Source: a virus
Reading direction: 5' to 3' (one strand)
IMG/VR virus record: IMGVR_UViG_3300027896_000010
Location: 64,001-128,000 of that record
Length of the DNA: 64,000 nucleotides
How positions within the stretch are numbered: position 1 is the stretch's first letter; every line of letters begins with the position of its first letter. The notes beneath the pieces were generated by a model. That model worked only from the letters and a program-made list of their open reading frames with translations, did no database searches and was not told where the DNA came from. Positions 60,867-64,000 of the stretch are shown piece after piece. The translations under genes were made by a program, and so were the position numbers.

Positions 60867-61526
60867 CTAAGCCGTCAGGAGCGTCATCGTCTTCAGGTCG
60901 AAGATTATCTCCTGATTCACAGTCTCCCCCTTAGCGAACTTCTTGACCTGATTGCATATCAAGCCAGCTATCATGAACACGTTGTAGATAACGGCCTGTG
61001 CTGTGCAAGGAGCCTCGATGGCCTTATCGTCATCGTACAGGGTGCGCTCATACATCTTTATCTCGCTGGGCGAACAGGTGTTCACCGTATAAAGCCGACA
61101 TACCTCAGCGCCCATACGAGCCTCGATGTAGACCTTCACAGATGGATTGAACTTTACCCGCTCCCAGATGGCCTTACGAGATTCCATGCTATCCACACCG
61201 CTAATGACTATACCATGGATGGGCTGGCTTGTAAAATGCTCAGCATGACCCTTGATTTTGATGGCTCCGAACGACTCACAGATTTCGGTAAGAGCATCGA
61301 CCTTGTTCTTGGTAATGTCCTCGCACCGATAGACCTGATTGGGCAGGTTGTGGTTCTCAATGGTATCGCCATCATAAACCGTGATATCACCAACGCCCAT
61401 CTTGCTAAGAGCCAGCACGGTAGGCGACCCGATTCCACCAGCACCGATAACCGTAACAGGGTCGGTAAGCTCCTTGTTAGGGTCAAGAATATCTAACTGC
61501 CGCCAGTAGTCCAGTTTAACTGCCAT
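60867..61526 (-). CDS. E1-like ThiF/MoeB-family adenylyltransferase
   Basis: GAGGIG, DGDTIENHNLPNQ, KVDAL, GVDSMESR and putative catalytic Cys in APCTAQA; start moved to MAVKL (GAGGAGGT RBS). Confidence 0.9.
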   Translation of the reverse strand: MAVKLDYWRQLDILDPNKELTDPVTVIGAGGIGSPTVLALSKMGVGDITVYDGDTIENHNLPNQVYRCEDITKNKVDALTEICESFGAIKIKGHAEHFTSQPIHGIVISGVDSMESRKAIWERVKFNPSVKVYIEARMGAEVCRLYTVNTCSPSEIKMYERTLYDDDKAIEAPCTAQAVIYNVFMIAGLICNQVKKFAKGETVNQEIIFDLKTMTLLTA

Positions 61527-61566
61527 ATCGACCTCCTCTCCTAGTCCTCGTCCTTTGGATGCATCC

Positions 61567-61595
61567 ATTATACCATACTTTGTGTGAATTCACAA
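61567..61595 (-). promoter_or_regulatory. Sigma-70-type promoter TTGTGA-N17-TATAAT upstream of E1
   Basis: TGGTATAAT extended -10 in the JAB-E1 gap. Confidence 0.6.
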
Positions 61596-61599
61596 ATAC

Positions 61600-62709
61600 C
61601 TATGAGGGGGTATCGTCCTCGCCTTTTTCCTCAACATCCCATTCGACATCTTCGACATCGTAATTATTGAACATATACATGTGGTACTGCTCATCGGTTA
61701 GCATCACGATGCCATCCTGCATAGTACCATTCGCTATGGCTTCGGCTTCAAGCTCTTCAGCCTCTTCCTGCGACCCCATGACAGCCATCTTAGTGCCATC
61801 CCTGTCCATGTAACACCCTATTATGACAAGGTCTTCGTCATTGTCAATAGCATCCTTGTGTATGCAAGCGTTATTCTCCTGAGAGTAGACGTAATTCTCT
61901 GAACAGTTACCGTCACCGTCATCGTAAGAACACCCTACACAGGGATTCTCTTTGTCCCACTCGATGCCTATGATGCTATCGGTTACTTCTTCGTCATCCT
62001 CGACATCAACCCATACTTTTTTTTCGTCGTCCCATCGCCGTGATTTATTCCCCCTAGCCTGTCTGTTCTTGGCGTAGGAGCTAGCACAACCGTCAAAACC
62101 ATACATCCCTCCCTTGCCACCCCAAAGCTGCCCGGTCTCGCTATTAGGCTTGCCCTTATAATAGGGGAAATGAGTGGTCAATGTCACGACTGTAACCTTG
62201 GCTTCGATATCTGCCTTGATAGCGATAGCAAGTTCATCCTCTTCCTCAGTAGTCTTGTCAAGCTGAAGCGAGAGCTTATCGACTGACAGGCGATAGGGGC
62301 GGTACTGGTCGATACGAACCAGATACTCACCATTCTTGTTGCCGACGATTGATATCATCCACTCGTTTTTGAACCGCTCCATGGTGTCCGTATCTGTCGT
62401 ACTCCAGAAGGTTCCCATATCAGCGTGGCTGTGCCACCACACCCTGAAGTTAGAGGGGTTCTTGCCAGCCTGTACCGTCTCGACGATAAAGTTAGCGATT
62501 GCCTCTTCACTCAGGTCAGTGGACGCTCCTGTGGCCTTCTGCTCGAAGAGCATGATGTCAGTGATGAGGAACGACATCTCCTCTGCGTTATAAGCCACCT
62601 CGCCCAGCCCAGATATCTCGCCCTCTGCAAAGGCGATATACAGGTCAAGCTTTCGTTTCGCCAGCGGGGTAATAAAAACGTCAGGTATCTTAGTTTCAGC
62701 GTTACTCAT
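61600..62709 (-). CDS. JAB/MPN+ (JAMM) metalloprotease with long acidic C-terminal extension
   Basis: GEISGLG catalytic Glu; HSH-ADMGTFW-S-TT-D matches HxH-x7-S-x2-D. Confidence 0.88.
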   Translation of the reverse strand: MSNAETKIPDVFITPLAKRKLDLYIAFAEGEISGLGEVAYNAEEMSFLITDIMLFEQKATGASTDLSEEAIANFIVETVQAGKNPSNFRVWWHSHADMGTFWSTTDTDTMERFKNEWMISIVGNKNGEYLVRIDQYRPYRLSVDKLSLQLDKTTEEEDELAIAIKADIEAKVTVVTLTTHFPYYKGKPNSETGQLWGGKGGMYGFDGCASSYAKNRQARGNKSRRWDDEKKVWVDVEDDEEVTDSIIGIEWDKENPCVGCSYDDGDGNCSENYVYSQENNACIHKDAIDNDEDLVIIGCYMDRDGTKMAVMGSQEEAEELEAEAIANGTMQDGIVMLTDEQYHMYMFNNYDVEDVEWDVEEKGEDDTPS

Positions 62710-62710
62710 A

Positions 62711-63991
62711 TTACGCCACCTCCTCCTTCTTGGTTACTTTCTTCCTAGGCCAGTGTCCAATACCATGCATTGGGTCGGCATCATTATATGTCGCAAGGTA
62801 TTGCATCATTATCTGCGCTATCACGGCGAACTCATAACTCGCAGTCAGTTCGGCAATACCGTGTCCAATATTGCCTAGGCAACACCAGCCCTCGCCATCA
62901 ACGTGCGGATGCATCCAACCATCGACTACCTTGGTCAGATTGTAGCACCTCACGCCACCCTCTGAACCATCGGTGTAGATATCAATCCGAAACTTACCGA
63001 TTTCGTACTCGTCACCATCATACGGAATCGAGATGCTATCAGTAAACACCTGTACGATACTATCCTTGACTCGTACACGCTCGACTCCCGGCACGTTACA
63101 TAAGCTCGTGAACTCAGCGTCAAACTTGCCATCGTCTCCACCATTGAGCTTTTCGATAACAGCCAGTTCAGCCTCAAGCTCCATAATCTGCCTGAGCTTG
63201 GCGACCAGTTCTACCTGATATGTCTGTACGTTCTTTTTAGCTTGGGCAAGGCTTGCAGTAGCCTTGTCTTTCTTTACATGCATCCTCTTGCTACATTCCT
63301 GTATATACAGTAGGCGTGAAGCCTCAGCCTCTGCCTTGATGGCTTTCTCACGTTGCTTTGCAAACTTTTCTTTCATCTTGGGGTCAGCACTATACTGAAC
63401 GACGAATGCTTCCATGATATGCCTAATAAGAATGTTTGTATCCCTACCATGAGGAAGGTCAAAATGGACGTATAGGTTGTTTCCAAGATACTCAGCGACT
63501 ATCATCCCATTCTCATCAAGAATGGGATTGCCAACGCCACTAAAAGCCATGCCATCTCGCTGAGAGCCTGTTAATTTGATGCCAAAGGCGCTGTCCATAT
63601 ATCGCTCTTCTTCCTTATCATCAAAGTCAGGGATAGACCAGAACCAGATGTACAGCTTGCCATCATCAATGACAGGTTCATGAGCATAACCGTGAGGATT
63701 ACTGACCCGAATCTTAAGACCCATAGTGTCAGCAAACTCTTCCAGAACAGGGAGCATAAAATTCCAATTTTCTATGTTGGCATTGCTAGTGCGCCTCACA
63801 GGCATTTCGGCTTGTCGCGCATTCTCAGTCGCCGTAACAATACTAGTTTCCTTCATAAGCGTGACTCGCCGCTTGTCAGTCTGCATACGATTAAATCGGA
63901 TATCACGGCGACCCAGCAAATCTAACACTTTATACAAAGAATATTCTGGGAAGGCAACGCCAGTTATGGCTTCAGGCATTTCAACCGTCAT
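62711..63991 (-). CDS. E2/UBC-like conjugating domain fused to an N-terminal domain and long coiled-coil (may extend beyond the window)
   Basis: C-terminal HPHVDGEGWCCLG matches HPN/H-x-x-x-x-G-x-x-C-L of E2 folds, followed by helices ending YLATYN; frame stays open to the window edge. Confidence 0.72.
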   Translation of the reverse strand: MTVEMPEAITGVAFPEYSLYKVLDLLGRRDIRFNRMQTDKRRVTLMKETSIVTATENARQAEMPVRRTSNANIENWNFMLPVLEEFADTMGLKIRVSNPHGYAHEPVIDDGKLYIWFWSIPDFDDKEEERYMDSAFGIKLTGSQRDGMAFSGVGNPILDENGMIVAEYLGNNLYVHFDLPHGRDTNILIRHIMEAFVVQYSADPKMKEKFAKQREKAIKAEAEASRLLYIQECSKRMHVKKDKATASLAQAKKNVQTYQVELVAKLRQIMELEAELAVIEKLNGGDDGKFDAEFTSLCNVPGVERVRVKDSIVQVFTDSISIPYDGDEYEIGKFRIDIYTDGSEGGVRCYNLTKVVDGWMHPHVDGEGWCCLGNIGHGIAELTASYEFAVIAQIMMQYLATYNDADPMHGIGHWPRKKVTKKEEVA

Positions 63992-64000
63992 TTCGGTAAC

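Noticed and set aside
60509-61526. ThiS/ThiF or MoaD/MoeB cofactor biosynthesis
   Set aside because: No thiG, moaE or cysteine synthase nearby, E1 lacks the Zn-binding CxxC pairs, and an E2-like gene is adjacent.
1028-63925. Numerous plus-strand ORFs in the track (e.g. 4118-4957, 11727-12521, 21005-21820)
   Set aside because: They lie antisense to well-supported minus-strand genes, lack motifs and RBSs, and look like shadow ORFs.

Overview
This looks like a 64 kb segment of a large phage or phage-like element: nearly all credible genes are on the minus strand, densely packed, often with ATGA stop/start overlaps and GGAGG ribosome-binding sites (RBS). No virion structural genes, integrase or CRISPR array are in the window. 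In coordinate order: (1) 1-13.7 kb, a sugar-modification cluster (SAM methyltransferases, pyruvyl transferase, four glycosyltransferases, DegT aminotransferase, two hexapeptide acyltransferases, WecB epimerase) interleaved with RuvC, a nucleoside deoxyribosyltransferase-like gene and DUF932. (2) 14-28 kb, a transcription/replication module (three sigma-like HTH proteins, Cas4-like nuclease, intein-containing RecA, DnaE, SSB, primase, DnaB). (3) 28-46 kb, dozens of small Cys-rich genes assembled from shared modules with identical junction repeats. (4) 46-60 kb, a host-like WYFAEG-repeat surface protein, RtcB, SNF2 helicase, GNATs, an atypical tRNA-Gln and a methyltransferase. (5) 60.2-64 kb, a duplicated repeat-rich non-coding block followed by a complete ubiquitin-like conjugation module (Ubl ending GG-CL, E1/ThiF, JAB/JAMM protease, coiled-coil-fused E2). 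The ubiquitin-like module on a phage-like genome is the top candidate for a novel system. GATC and CCWGG appear strongly avoided. All family assignments come from motif recognition by eye, not from database searches.
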